A DNA stretch of 63,628 nucleotides, the filler included, from Collodictyon triciliatum (Eukaryota): assembly GCA_043381765.1 (NCBI GenBank). It is 12 parts of 12 records of this genome, joined end to end, with 100 filler letters (N's around TTAATTAATTAA, not from the genome) between each part and the next. Parts side by side here need not be neighbours in the genome. Positions count along the whole stretch, not along the records: positions 39,726 to 45,289 come from JBHJMP010005111.1; positions 45,390 to 50,952 come from JBHJMP010005112.1; positions 51,053 to 56,564 come from JBHJMP010005113.1; 9 more parts are not named here. The stretch is one strand, 5' to 3'. Under the pieces are notes generated by a model. That model searched no databases. It was given only the letters and a program-made list of their open reading frames with translations, and was not told the origin of the DNA. The position numbers and the translations under genes were made by a program. This document shows, piece by piece, positions 41,445 through 54,000 of the stretch. The number at the start of each line of letters is the position of its first letter. Positions within the stretch are counted from its first letter, which is position 1.

Positions 41445-44400
41445 TTAAGAAGAAACAGAGTAATTGGTCGTTGAGTTTCTCAATTTTTCTTAGGCTTAAG
41501 GCTTAAAAGTAAGAGGAATAGGATTCTACAAAACCATGTAAGAAAAAGGGAAACATAAAATTTATCCTCACAGATTTGACACCAACACACAAATGATAAA
41601 ACATAAAATCGATAATTCAGCCCATTCCAACAATACAGAATGCTTTAATACCATGCAATATATATATATTCAAACAAACCTCCGCCGAAACGCTGCGGGT
41701 AGTAGCTTCCGAACACTGTATCCCCTCCATGCAGCCTTTATTATTATTATTATTATTTTAAAAAAGGATGCAAATGGCGGAGGAGAGAAAGGTTTCAATT
41801 ATGAAGCCCATGCTCCTTTTTTTTTTTAAATTCGTTCATGTTCTAATCAAAAAACTCTTTCCAAAATTGTGTATTATCAACAAAATAAACCTGTATCACT
41901 GTTGCTGCAGCTTCGAATAAAGACTCCATTTTTTGTTTGTAGCGATGGTCTCTATCAAAATATTTGGGCATAAGCGTGTTTCAGTTACCATTTATGGTAT
42001 TGGTATTGTAATATCAAAATCTAACCACATCCATGTATTTTTCGGTTTCTAACACAAACCAAGCCGGAAGAGAGAAATATTACAATAAGATTGTATCAAT
42101 CACCTTATACGCTCGATTCTTCGTGCGTAATCCTCATACTTTGTTTCAGATGCCAATCTAGTTTCTCTAAGCGTGTCGAACTTGTGCTTCAAATGGGTCA
42201 ACTCAGCATCTTTAATGGCAAATTCCTGCTCGAACATCATTTCCTTTTTTTTAAAATCATGGAAATGACATTCTTTTAAAAATAATCAAGGTCGCTAAAG
42301 CACATCACGAAAAAGTAAATCAATTTGATTTTTTCTCTACGGTACCATCGCATATTTTTCTTCCCATAATTTTCTCTCTTGGTCATACCCGTCTTTTTTT
42401 CTATTGTAAAATCATCTGACGGTCAGCTAGTTTCATGAGATTTAAAATATCAAAAAAGAAAAATGCAAGCTGCAATTTTTTTTCAAAACCCAACCAGGCT
42501 ATTCGTTTCGGAAAAAGAAAGAAGACTATGGAAGAGGTGTATTAACATACTTGAGTAGGAAGTCAATCATGTATGTTTCATTCTTTTGTTCCATCATCTT
42601 CCTACACATTGAAAAGTATATTTCTGGTGGATGGTAGGCTTATATTAATTCAAAAAACTAATAAAGAAACAGTAATTATTGGAAGAGAGAAAGAGTGAGA
42701 AAACTTAAACCAACTTTTTCACCACAGTATCCTTTTTTTCTGTGAGCAAGCCTAGTTTATGGTCTTCAATTCTGGCAACCTATCCGTAGTATATTCGGCA
42801 TATCATATATACGGATTCAAAAAAGGCTGTGAAACGAAGGTATTTATGAATATATGAAGAAGAAAAGCACGTCCATTCGTGGAACACAAACCGTCTCATA
42901 GTCCATTTCATATTGACGTTGTGCATATTGGTCGAATACTGAATTAATCTATTAATACAAAGGTAGAATGGTGAGAATCAAATATGAAATTATGACCACA
43001 AACTAATTTTTTATATCCAAATTGATTTTTTGATTTACACCTTGCGGTGAAAGTTCAGTTTAAGCTCCAAGTCGGCTATTGTCTTATCCATATCGTGAAA
43101 GTCTCTCACAGAATCTTCCATTATGGAACTTGCTTGTGCTCTGTGGAAAAAAAAAGCTCTTATGTTGAAATATTCTTTTAATGAAGGACGAGAATTTCAT
43201 AGATGATTTATCTTGAATACCGGAGTTGCTTTATTTGATCAATAAGATTTGATTCTTCGGCGATGAAGGACTAATAAAATGGCTTTTAGATACTACCAGT
43301 AAAATCATGAACTAAAAAAAAAACTTTAAATATGAAAAAGAAAGACTGATGACCATGAAATTTCTTTGAAGATTCATCCGCTCATCCGCTATTGAGTCTA
43401 TTATAGACATGAATGAACCATCTCGATTAACCTAAAAAAAATTATTTTTTTTGGAATAGTACGTTAAATTTGAGTCTTTCATACTAAATTTTTCTTGTTT
43501 AATTCAGGATAATAGCAGTAAGATGAACCTCTTTCATCAAAGAAACCATCGATCTGATAACCATGTTGATTTGGCGAGATATCTTGCCTACGTACTGTTG
43601 GATATCTGGAGCCCTTTTCTCAAAATACTGATCCAGCATATCCCTAAAAAAAACCCATGAAGTTTTAGGCTATTTATTTAATAGAAAAACACATAATAAA
43701 AAACCCACACCTTTTTCTTCTAATTTCCTCTCTAATTTCTTCCCGGTGCTTTTCATTTTCTTTCAATTGCTGAGTAACTCTGGTTATGTCCTCTACCATA
43801 AGTTTCTGTGACATCTTAAGGTATATTTTTAATCATTTTTTTGTAACATACGTTTTGATTAGAGTGACCAAAACTTAGTAAAACAATAGCAAATAAATAT
43901 ATGTTTATTAATCTTCATCACCAGAGTTTAATCTCATGCAAGCCTTCTATATGCATTCACTTCGTCGAGAATTCTCATCAATATAAATTAAAGCAATATT
44001 AAATTCAAAAGAGAACCAATTTCATCGCGTGTTTTTTCTCCTCAATCAATTTGCTATATCGCTTCTCTAGCATTTGTTGATGAGCAAGCACTTTATCAAT
44101 CTCATCTCCAAAACGGAGTTCAAATTCCTTCTTTTCTTGTGTAATATGGACACCAACATCTTGTATCAAAGATAGTCTTTCAATCTAAGTTAAAGCAGAT
44201 CCATAATTAAATAAATTAAGAGGGAGATTATTCATTGAACAAGATTTATCTCACAATTTTTTTATTATTAAGATAACATATGACTTTGAATCGAATAAAG
44301 GAAAAAAATTAAGATAACATATGTGGTTGATATTAATTCCACTTACGCTCTCTTTTAATAAACCAACGACCATATTGCGCTCCAGCATATCCAAAGCCTG

Positions 44401-45154
44401 AATTGAATGTCTGTATCTCACAGAGGAGGACCTCCTAAGGATTTATTCACACACACGATTTAATCTGTAACTTTTTGACTCAACGAAGCCCCACAGAAAA
44501 TAGGAATAGTAATATGTCGATGAACCATACAAAGCGTTATAACAAACCCAGTCGCACCATCTTCACTCAGTCGGTCACCTGTTGGGAATCGTCCAATCTG
44601 ATTCTTCTTCTTCTTTCCTGAGCGTGCCGTGTTTCCGGTGCGTGAGGACGGCCGGGCTGACAAACCTGTACTTCGGAATGTGGTTCTTTGGCTGTCCAAC
44701 GATGGAAGAAGAAAAGCGTCGCTCTGGTCATCATCAAAGTATGCCGCTACCCGAGAAGAAGGCCGCGACGAAAGGATCTTCAAGCACAACGAAGAATATC
44801 GAATCAGTACTTTGCGTTTGTTACGTTGTGGAAGGAGAAGGCCACTTTGACAATCTTTTCTTTCGTTCTGAATGCCAGCATTCCTTTCGCCGTGTGCAAG
44901 CGAATTGATTATTTTTTTTTTATCGATGCGTACATGTTTATATTTTTAAAGGAGAAAAAAATAATAAAAACCTCGTTGATGATGTCCATTTCCTCTTTTT
45001 GCCAAAGTCCAATACTGCTTGTGACGTTCTCAAGGGATCTCGTCTTGGCGATCTGATGAAGGTCGGTGATGTCTGATGGCTTTTGGGCTTTGCGGCTTTC
45101 TGCAACGCGCGTTTGACTTTCATAAAATCCAGAAATGGACACGGTTTGATTCAA
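41445..45154 (-). CDS. IQ-motif coiled-coil protein, DRC9/IQCG-like (flagellar dynein regulatory complex); multi-exon, start uncertain
   Basis: Spliced GDEIDKVLAHQQMLEKRYSKLIEEK, LWEEKY, AAATVIQ|AAWRGYSVRK (IQ motif) and a basic tail KPKKK. Confidence 0.65.
44267..44323 (+). mobile_element. 25-nt 5'-truncated LINE insertion (44283-44307) flanked by a 16-bp target-site duplication, inside an intron
   Basis: ATTAAGATAACATATG at 44267-44282 and 44308-44323 flanks ACTTTGAATCGAATAAAGGA6, which is identical to the reverse-complemented LINE terminus near 62140-62163. Confidence 0.85.
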
Positions 45155-45725
45155 AATGGCATGAATACGATGCTCCTTTTTTAATCTGCAATCGATTGAT
45201 CTGTGAGACTTGCAACAGTGAAAGTGGCGATAAAGAATAAAAAAGGAAAGAGAAAAGAGAAAAAAGAAAAAAGAAAAGAGAAAAGAGAANNNNNNNNNNN
45301 NNNNNNNNNNNNNNNNNNNNNNNNNNNNNNNNNTTAATTAATTAANNNNNNNNNNNNNNNNNNNNNNNNNNNNNNNNNNNNNNNNNNNNCTGAATTCAAT
45401 GTTTCATATACAAAGGACAAAAAATAGCCTGTATTTCTGCTTTTCACCATTTTGATTTTCTTGCCTTTTGTTGTAATAATATTGTTATGTTGTGGGTAAT
45501 GCGGTAAAATTTTCTTAGTTGGTATGTTGTATGACACTCAATTATGAATAATAATACTCACATAATAATCCTTCGAAATTATCTAAAGAATTGTAATTAA
45601 AGCTAAGTAGTATTGAGAGTTTTTTTTTACTTCATTCATTTCCTAATATTGTTCATAGACCTGAACTTTTCGATTAGACATTCGTATCGACTTCATTCTT
45701 TTGTTGTGTTGAGTTTTTGCCGTTA

Positions 45726-45799
<74 letters not shown>

Positions 45800-47162
45800 T
45801 GAATCTACCAGTGTTTGACAAAATGATACGATATTTTTTGGGAAACAACCGGACTTATTCATAACAGGATAGAACTTTAACATGATTACGTTTTATGTAA
45901 TATTAATATTTATTTTGAAGTAGCTGGTCAAATGATAACAAAGTGTGCATGAAAGGTTCTTGGATTCAATCAAAAGCACTTTTTTTTCGTTTTTCAAAAT
46001 AGTTTTCTATCTTTAGTTTGAATTCACTATATCTCAAAACCAAAATTTATCACCAAGATGTTTCCTTTTTTTTTTCGTTTCAAAGACATGAACAAGTGTT
46101 ACTTTATATACTTCCTCTATTATTTTTTTATTATATCCAAATATATCACCTTATTTCCTTGATATATAGTTATGGAAAAAGGGAAATAACCTATCAATCA
46201 AAACTAAATAATAATGGTAATTTAGGCATTTGAATACCGTCATTTCATTTCTGATATCTTAAAATTTTTTTTTGGAAAAGACTAAGATTTGAAATAGTGC
46301 TTATTGTTACATGATTTTTCAATTTATGAATAAAATATTCGGCTATATTTTTTGAAATGATAGTGAGGAGTTTGGTAATTTACGAAATCAGGTTTATTTG
46401 AATTTTAAAATGAAAAATCAATAAAAAAAAAACTAACATTATGTAACAACATTGATAATTGATAATTCAGTGAGTTATTGCAGCAAACTTTAATATCAAG
46501 CTGATCAAATAGAAATGATGGCTAATTGTAAATTCATATGAATGGTTGATAACATAACGCTATGAACGAATGAAATCCTCGGGTTTTTATTGTTTATTCA
46601 TTGATTTCAGAAATCCAAAAAAAATAAAGGTTACATCATTTATCAATAATGCCTTAGTAAAATAAGACATAGCCAGATTATGAGTATTCAGACTGATTGG
46701 GTTAAGGAGTAAAATCAATTATAATATAGTCGAATGAAGATATAAAACTCAAGTACATAACCAAAAAAAATAAAAAGTGTTACAAACGAATACATTTCTG
46801 CCCACAAAGAAATTTTAGCAGTTGACTACTATTTTAAAGAGGGATGCTGAGTAAATTTATATTTCGAGTATAAAATTTTGTTATTTCATGGAAATTAATG
46901 GAAATATGTTAACTTTAGATATTAACACAGAGTTCATTTCGATGTGGGCAATATTTTGCTTGCTGTTGGGTTTCCATGAAATAAAGTCCTCAGGGACTTA
47001 TTGTATCTGGTTTGTAAAAATTATCAAATTCATAATTTACACATTTTTAATTAATCTAATAATCTTGATAGGAACGGGGTGTCCATGCCTGATGAAAATA
47101 GAAGCATTTTTCGACGCGTTGAACCTTTCGAACCTAAAAAAAGTTCTCTGAAGAAAGCCGCA

Positions 47163-50100
47163 ATGTATGGTTCATATTCAAAAATATTAAAATCAAATTC
47201 AATTGAGCATATTTGCGCTGGATTATATTAATATATCTATCTAGGTTTTCAAAACTGTTTTTTGCATGTGTTGCTATCACTTCCATGATAACACCAGCAT
47301 TTTCCTCACATCCTCATCAAAGGTAATTTAAATACAATTACAAATTAGCTCGAGTTGTTCATTTCAAATAATGAAAGCAGGTGCCAGTACTCCAGAGAAG
47401 AGTTGCTATCGATGAAAGTCGAAGATGCATTCCAAATTCTTTTGAGCTATTATGATGAAACATGTGCATCGTTAAAGGGGAATGAAGAAATTTTTTCAGA
47501 AATGAATATTAGCCAAAAAAGTGAAGAATATTCATATCAAAATAGAATAAAGGCTGAATTGAATAACAAAAGAAAAATCCCCGCTATTGGAGCCGATTTC
47601 TATGAATTAAATCAATTACTAAAAAGCGGCGATGGCAGAAATAATTTTGTGAGAAACGAAGAGAACCGTAATTTGGTGCAGGGTGGTAATAAGACTCAAT
47701 ATGAGCTTCTTGTTCAGCTTTATGATGTCCTGGGCGGAGATGATTGGTTGAAGAACATTGGATGGAGGAATCAAAGCATTCCAATTTGCAAGTGGTACGG
47801 GATATCGTGCCATCAAAGCTGTCTTCTAGAAGAATATAAAGTACTTTATTCAAAAATATTATAAATTTATTGATTTATATCTAAATAATTTTCTTATAGA
47901 AAAACACATGCCCCGTCCTAAAAATCAGAATGTCAAAAAACAATCTTTATGGTGATATTGGAATTGCAGCAGCGATTTTTGAGAGACTTCCATTATTGAA
48001 TTATTTGGACTTGAGTTATAACTCAATTTTCGGAAATCTCCCAAACTTTAATCTTCCAAGTATTTCGTACTTGAACCTTTACGTAAATCGGATGACTGGA
48101 ACAATTCCAGACTTTCAAGGGATGCCGAATATTGAGCATCTTAAAGTTGATGGAAATGTATTAGAGGGCACAATACCTGATTTTTCAGCGATTTCAAGGA
48201 TAGAGAAATTATGGATAGGCATCAGCAATAAGATTACAGGTACTTATTTTAAACAGCATTTATTCTGAAATCTATTAACATATCCATTTTTCTTTATTTA
48301 AGGAACCCTACCTGATTTCTCGGGATTACCAAATGTTCAGATTCTTGTTATTTACGGATGTAAAGTTTACGGTTCGTATGTATTTCTTTGACTTAAGCAT
48401 TATCAAGTTTTAATTTAGATCATTTTAGGAACCATTCCAAACTTTATTGGAATTCCGAGCGTTGAAATAATTACTCTTTACAACAATAAATTAACAGGTA
48501 ATAATTATGATCGTTTCACATATTGTCAAAATACAAACTAACATCAAATATAGGAACCGTTCCTGAATTCAGTGGGATTCCGAATGTTGAAATTATCGAA
48601 TTTTCTAGAAATCTATTGACTGGTAACTCATGATGTTATTTCCTACAATATTCACGAAAGGCTAACTTTTTTTTTTTACAGGAACTATCGCAAACTACAA
48701 TAGCATTCCAATCGTCAAAATAATTGATTTATCTAATAACCTACTAAATGGTCAGTTTCCAAAAATAAAAAATTGCTCATATGTTTTGATTCGGATACTA
48801 ACTTTACATCGCAGGAACGATTCCGAACTTTAGTGGAATACCGAATATTTTATGGATTTATCTTTACAATAATAACTTGACTGGTAATATTTATGATTAT
48901 TTGACATACTGTCAAAGTACAAACTTACTTTTGTTTAGGAAGTATCCCTAATTTTAGCGGAATTCCGAGTGTTAAAATAATATATATCCACAGCAATCGA
49001 TTGATAGGTAAGACTCATAATTGTTTCATAGATTTTACAGCGCTAACTTTCTATCTCAGGTACCGTTCCAAATTTCAGTGGTATCCCGAATTTGAAAGTG
49101 ATTCATATTTCTAGTAATCAACTGAACGGTAAATACTTTTTCATATCCCAGTTTTCGAATAATAGCTAAGTTTTCCTTACAGGAACGGTTCCAAACTTCA
49201 GTGGAATTCCGAATGTTGAGATGATTTCTCTTCCTATCAACCAGATGATAGGTAAATTATATAATCGTTTGATTTCATGGTGATAAATACTGAGTATTCT
49301 GATAGGGACGGTTCCAAACTTCAGTGAAATTCCAATGGCTTTGTGGATTTCTCTAGGATATAACAAATTGATAGGTACATTACATAACTATTTCATATTT
49401 TTTGGCATAATAATAAAATTGTATCACAGGAACGGTGCCAAACTTCAATGGAATTCCGAATATTTTGGGGATAGACCTTTATAACAATCAACTGATAGGT
49501 AACTTATGCACTCTTATCTATGATTGATGAATAAAAATAACCCTATATTACAGGGACAATTCCAGACTTCAGTGGCTTTCCCAAAATTCTGAGGTTATAT
49601 CTTTTTAGCAACCAGCTGAATGGTAAGTTTTATGACTATTTTAAAAATACTCTGTAAAAGCTAACTTTATATTACAGGCACAGTTCCAAATTTTGATAAG
49701 ATACTAAAAGTTAGAAGAATCTACCTTGACATAAATATATTAAATGGTGAGTTTGATACATTTTTCTCTTGTTATTCCTGAAGACTCTCTCATTAGATTT
49801 TAACTATAGGCACAATTCCAAACTTCTCCAAAATAAGGAATTTAGAGGTTTTCTCTGCTTATGAGAATCAGTTAGAGGGGGAAATCCCAGATTTCAAATA
49901 TTGTGAAAACATCAAAGAAATAGTATTGTCTCGAAACAAGCTGACAGGTACATTGCCAGAGTTCAATCTTGAAAATCTTTTTAGATTGGACGTGAGCGAA
50001 AACCAAATCAGTGGCTCAATACCTGAATACTGGAAATTACCTTCAATTAAATACATGGATTTGTCTTGGAACAAATTGAAAGACACAGTCCCTATACGTT

Positions 50101-50952
50101 TTCAGGAATTATCAGAGTTAAAATCGCTTGTCTTATCAAATAATCAATTTTCTGGAACTATGCCTATTTACTTTTGGAATTTGCCAAATTTAGCTACGAT
50201 CGATTTGAGAAACAACACATTTTCAGGAGATGTTGGTATTTTCATTGTTCCATCTTCAAAAGATTATGATTATTCATATGACTATTTCTATGAAAACCTT
50301 TTGCTTGATGATAATAAGCTCTATGGAGAACTAAATTGGAGGATATATAACTTTATAGCTAATGTGAAGACTTTGAGCTTAAAAAACAACAATATCACAA
50401 AGCTTGATGAACTCACAAAATTATTGAAATGGACTTCCTTTGACCTTACTGGCAATCCGATTGTTGGAAGCATTCCTGAATCATATTTTGGGTTTTCAAA
50501 GCTTGAGTATTTGGGATTGAAAAACACATTAATGAATCGTGGGGCAGGTAACTTTCTTCCTGATTTCATGACTTTTACGACATCTTTCAATCTTCAAGAC
50601 TTGACGAAGCTTTACCTTTGTCCTTCGATTATTTCGAAATCTGGTTTGATTGAATTGGATGTTGACTTGAATCCGGAATACTATGAATTTGAATTTTGTA
50701 AATGCTTGCCTGGCTATTTTGGATTCGGAAATAATTGTGTTCGGTGTCCAAGCGGATGCGAATGTCTTGATGGAACGTCTTTGAGATTCTGCCATGCTTC
50801 ACCAAACATTACTGCAGTGAAATCAATAACACCTTGTTCACGACCAGAGTCATGTGATGCATCGATTCCAAAGAAAATTTCGAATTCAAGTGCGACAGTC
50901 GAAATCACAGACCTTTGTCAAGAGGGTTACGAAGGATATGCATGCTCTAAAT
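47163..50952 (+). CDS. Secreted or surface LRR receptor-like protein (signal peptide, LRRNT, plant-type LRRs, Cys-rich region), 3' partial
   Basis: MFSKLFFACVAITSMITPAFS signal-like segment; cap LVQLYDVLGGDDW...ICKWYGISC; LxGxIP LRRs; CKCLPGYFG..CVRCP and CQEGYEGYACS at the contig edge. Confidence 0.88.
48303..49746 (+). repeat. Tandem array of twelve 69-nt LRR exons separated by 52-64-nt phase-1 introns
   Basis: Exons start at 48303, 48429, 48554, 48682, 48815, 48939, 49060, 49183, 49306, 49430, 49554 and 49678; each is AG|69 nt|GT and encodes one 23-aa GT(I/V)PNFSG-type LRR. Confidence 0.92.
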
Positions 50953-51052
50953 NNNNNNNNNNNNNNNNNNNNNNNNNNNNNNNNNNNNNNNNNNNNTTAA
51001 TTAATTAANNNNNNNNNNNNNNNNNNNNNNNNNNNNNNNNNNNNNNNNNNNN

Positions 51053-54000
51053 AAGCTGATGAGCCATTTGAAGTTAATCCATCTTTCAAATGCATCGTCA
51101 TTGCGACTACTCAAGATGCACTTACCAATCCCCCAAGAGGACTTCCGCCTCCGTTTTTGAATAGATTTGAAAAACAGATGTTGAATTCTGCAGTTGTTAT
51201 AGAATCGTTTAAACTTCAAGAATTGAGAGAAACCTTCAGGGTTTGTGATATAAATGAACAATAAAAACATCACTATTTCAAAATGCTATTTTCCTTCTTA
51301 ATATTACATTTTCTAAATATAGGAAAGGGTTAGAGAGCTGGTTCAAAAATGTGGACTAGAAAATGAATCTCTCTCCATTTTCCCAGGAGTGAATGAAGAG
51401 TCTATTGATTCTTTAGTTATTGTAGAATTTTCAAAAGTAAAGGACGCTGAAAAAGAAACTGATGCTAAAGGGGTAAATTTTCCTTTTTCATAAAGCCAAT
51501 TCAAATATATAACTTAAAAAACGTTGATTGAGATACTTACATGACACAGATTGTTAGAGCATGCTACAAATCTCTTGTGAATGTTGCATCTACACCAGAT
51601 ATTGTGATTTGCAAAGGAACAAAGGTAAGCCTCATCCCAGACTATACGGTATGTTATTTAGAGCATCAAAATTTATAATACCTGATTTTTTAAAAGAAGG
51701 CTTCATTCAATTTAGGAGAAAGAATTATATTTTGAAAAACAGGAGCATGACAGTCTATTGAAGTTTATTGAAAAAAAGAGAAGAGGAAATGCAGATTCCC
51801 GCCCAAAATGGGGTCACCTTGTTCAAGTAACCACCAACACTCGACTCCTGACTAATTTACAACTCAGACGTTCGCTGAACCCATTAATGAGCGAGAACCA
51901 AGTATGGATAAATTTGATATAAAGCCTTTCAAACAGCTCTGCATTTTCCTTCTATTTGGTGTTTTTTAGTGGGATGCTATTTTTTGAAAGAAGAATCTAA
52001 TTTTAGGTATCATGTATTGACTTGCATCTACTTGGTTCATCGGATAGACTCGAGGAAAATGTATACACCTTTTTGCAATCAGCCGATGGTGTAGTCCTCT
52101 TCGTAAACTGTGATATGAGCACAATCAGGAATATGAGAGTCAACCATTGCAAATTCATATGTAGTAAGTTGATGGCCGATTGGTTGGAAGATGAAAATGA
52201 TGTTGATAAATATATCATCTTACTTTGTTACTCACCTTCGCAGCCTGGTAATAGAGAGTCCCTTAAAATTGGGTTTGACCCTGTATGGGAAAATGTTTTC
52301 CTGGACTCTCTTCTTGCCTCTACATTTACTCTTTTATCAACTGTTTCACCTTCACTGGATGAAATTATCAAGTCTATATTGGAAGGCGATATTCAAGGCC
52401 TGATACAACATGAATATGTCAACGCCTTGAGCCGACTCGAATATCCTGAAGGATTTGACTTTAAGGAAAAGCTGAATACATCATTACAAATCCTTGGAGA
52501 GATGCAAGTTAGCCAAGCTTTTGGTTCCAAGCTTCACTATCTGATGGCAAAAGAGAAGAAGGGAGGATTTGGGACCGGACTATCAACTATGGCACTCGAT
52601 GTCGCTAAAGATAAAAATATGCTGACTTCATACGGAAGCTTCAGAGATTCCATGATGGCGAAATTGGAGAGGCATATATATGTTTATATTCAAAAGCTTA
52701 TTTTCATCGTTGACCGATACGAAAATATGAATCTTTTGAGCCCAGGCCAAGCCCAAAATAACATAAGGGCTGGATTCCTTCAGTTTATGGAATCTACAGA
52801 CTTTTGGAATGCATCGGCTGAAATTTATGAAGGATACTCAAGAATAGCGACACACCCAGATTTTAGAACTGAATTTCCTTTTAGCTATCTGATCTTTTCA
52901 TTTGTAGAGACTTTTAAAACTCAGGAGTTTGCCTCTCAGCTGGACAAGGACATTTTGAAAGGGTCCGGAAGACTTCAAACACGCTTACAATCTTCTCTTA
53001 GACTTGAGGACATCGACCATGACATGGAACTTGCCTATGTGAAAGATTTCTTATTTTATCACAATCTATCATCCCCTGGGCGGTTGAAACGTCATCAAAC
53101 AGTCAGTGTCAGGATTATTGAGCTCATATCATCCTGCTTTGAGTGCAATGTTTCGTTCGGAGATGTTCATTACATTTATTGGGCATTCGAATCGTGGCTC
53201 AGAAAGCTCATTCTATCTTTATCTCAACTTTCTCAAAGAACCTTGGTGGCTGTGGAGAAAAATTTGACAGAATTTACTCAAGGGCGATTTTCTGAAGTAT
53301 TGGACACTTTATTTAGTGCAATATATACAAACTATATCGGTAATCAAGAAAACAGTACCAGATGGATAATTGAATTTGAAAATGCGATACAATCACTGCA
53401 TGCCATTGGTTTGGGACTTGACTCGCTGAAATCTTATCCAACACAAAGAGCTGGCTCAAAAATAGAGTCTCTCAGACTAAAGCTCAAGAATGCTGCCCTT
53501 TTATTTTCTCTTACTCAACTCGGGACTTCATTGAATATTGTAGAACCATCTGACTTAAATGTCGTTGGGGAGACAATTAACCGTCACTTCGAAGCAGAGA
53601 AAGATTACGAAAACATCGAAAATGTTTTGCATGTCATAAATGCAATCAAATCTGTCGGCTTAAAAGGGGATGAACAGAGAAAGAGAGAATTTAATTTTGA
53701 GTCCATTCAGCTTGTGTTTTTTGACTTGGTTTTACCTAAAGACCAAAGACCAAACCCTGATGTTGTTCAATCTCTGTTGGAGTTTTTCCTTGGTAGAAAG
53801 GGTGAATTTATGGCTTTGATTGGGGACACTCTGAAAGATGACAGCTTTGTCTTTAGTTGTCTCAGCATACTATTTAGACTCCTAGAACAAGGCTTGATTA
53901 CGTATGCAGATGGAATAAACATATTGTTTAAAAGCTATTGTGAGACAAAGTCTTCTGAACTTCTTGATTTGGAGCCCATGGTTTTATATGCTCATGCATA

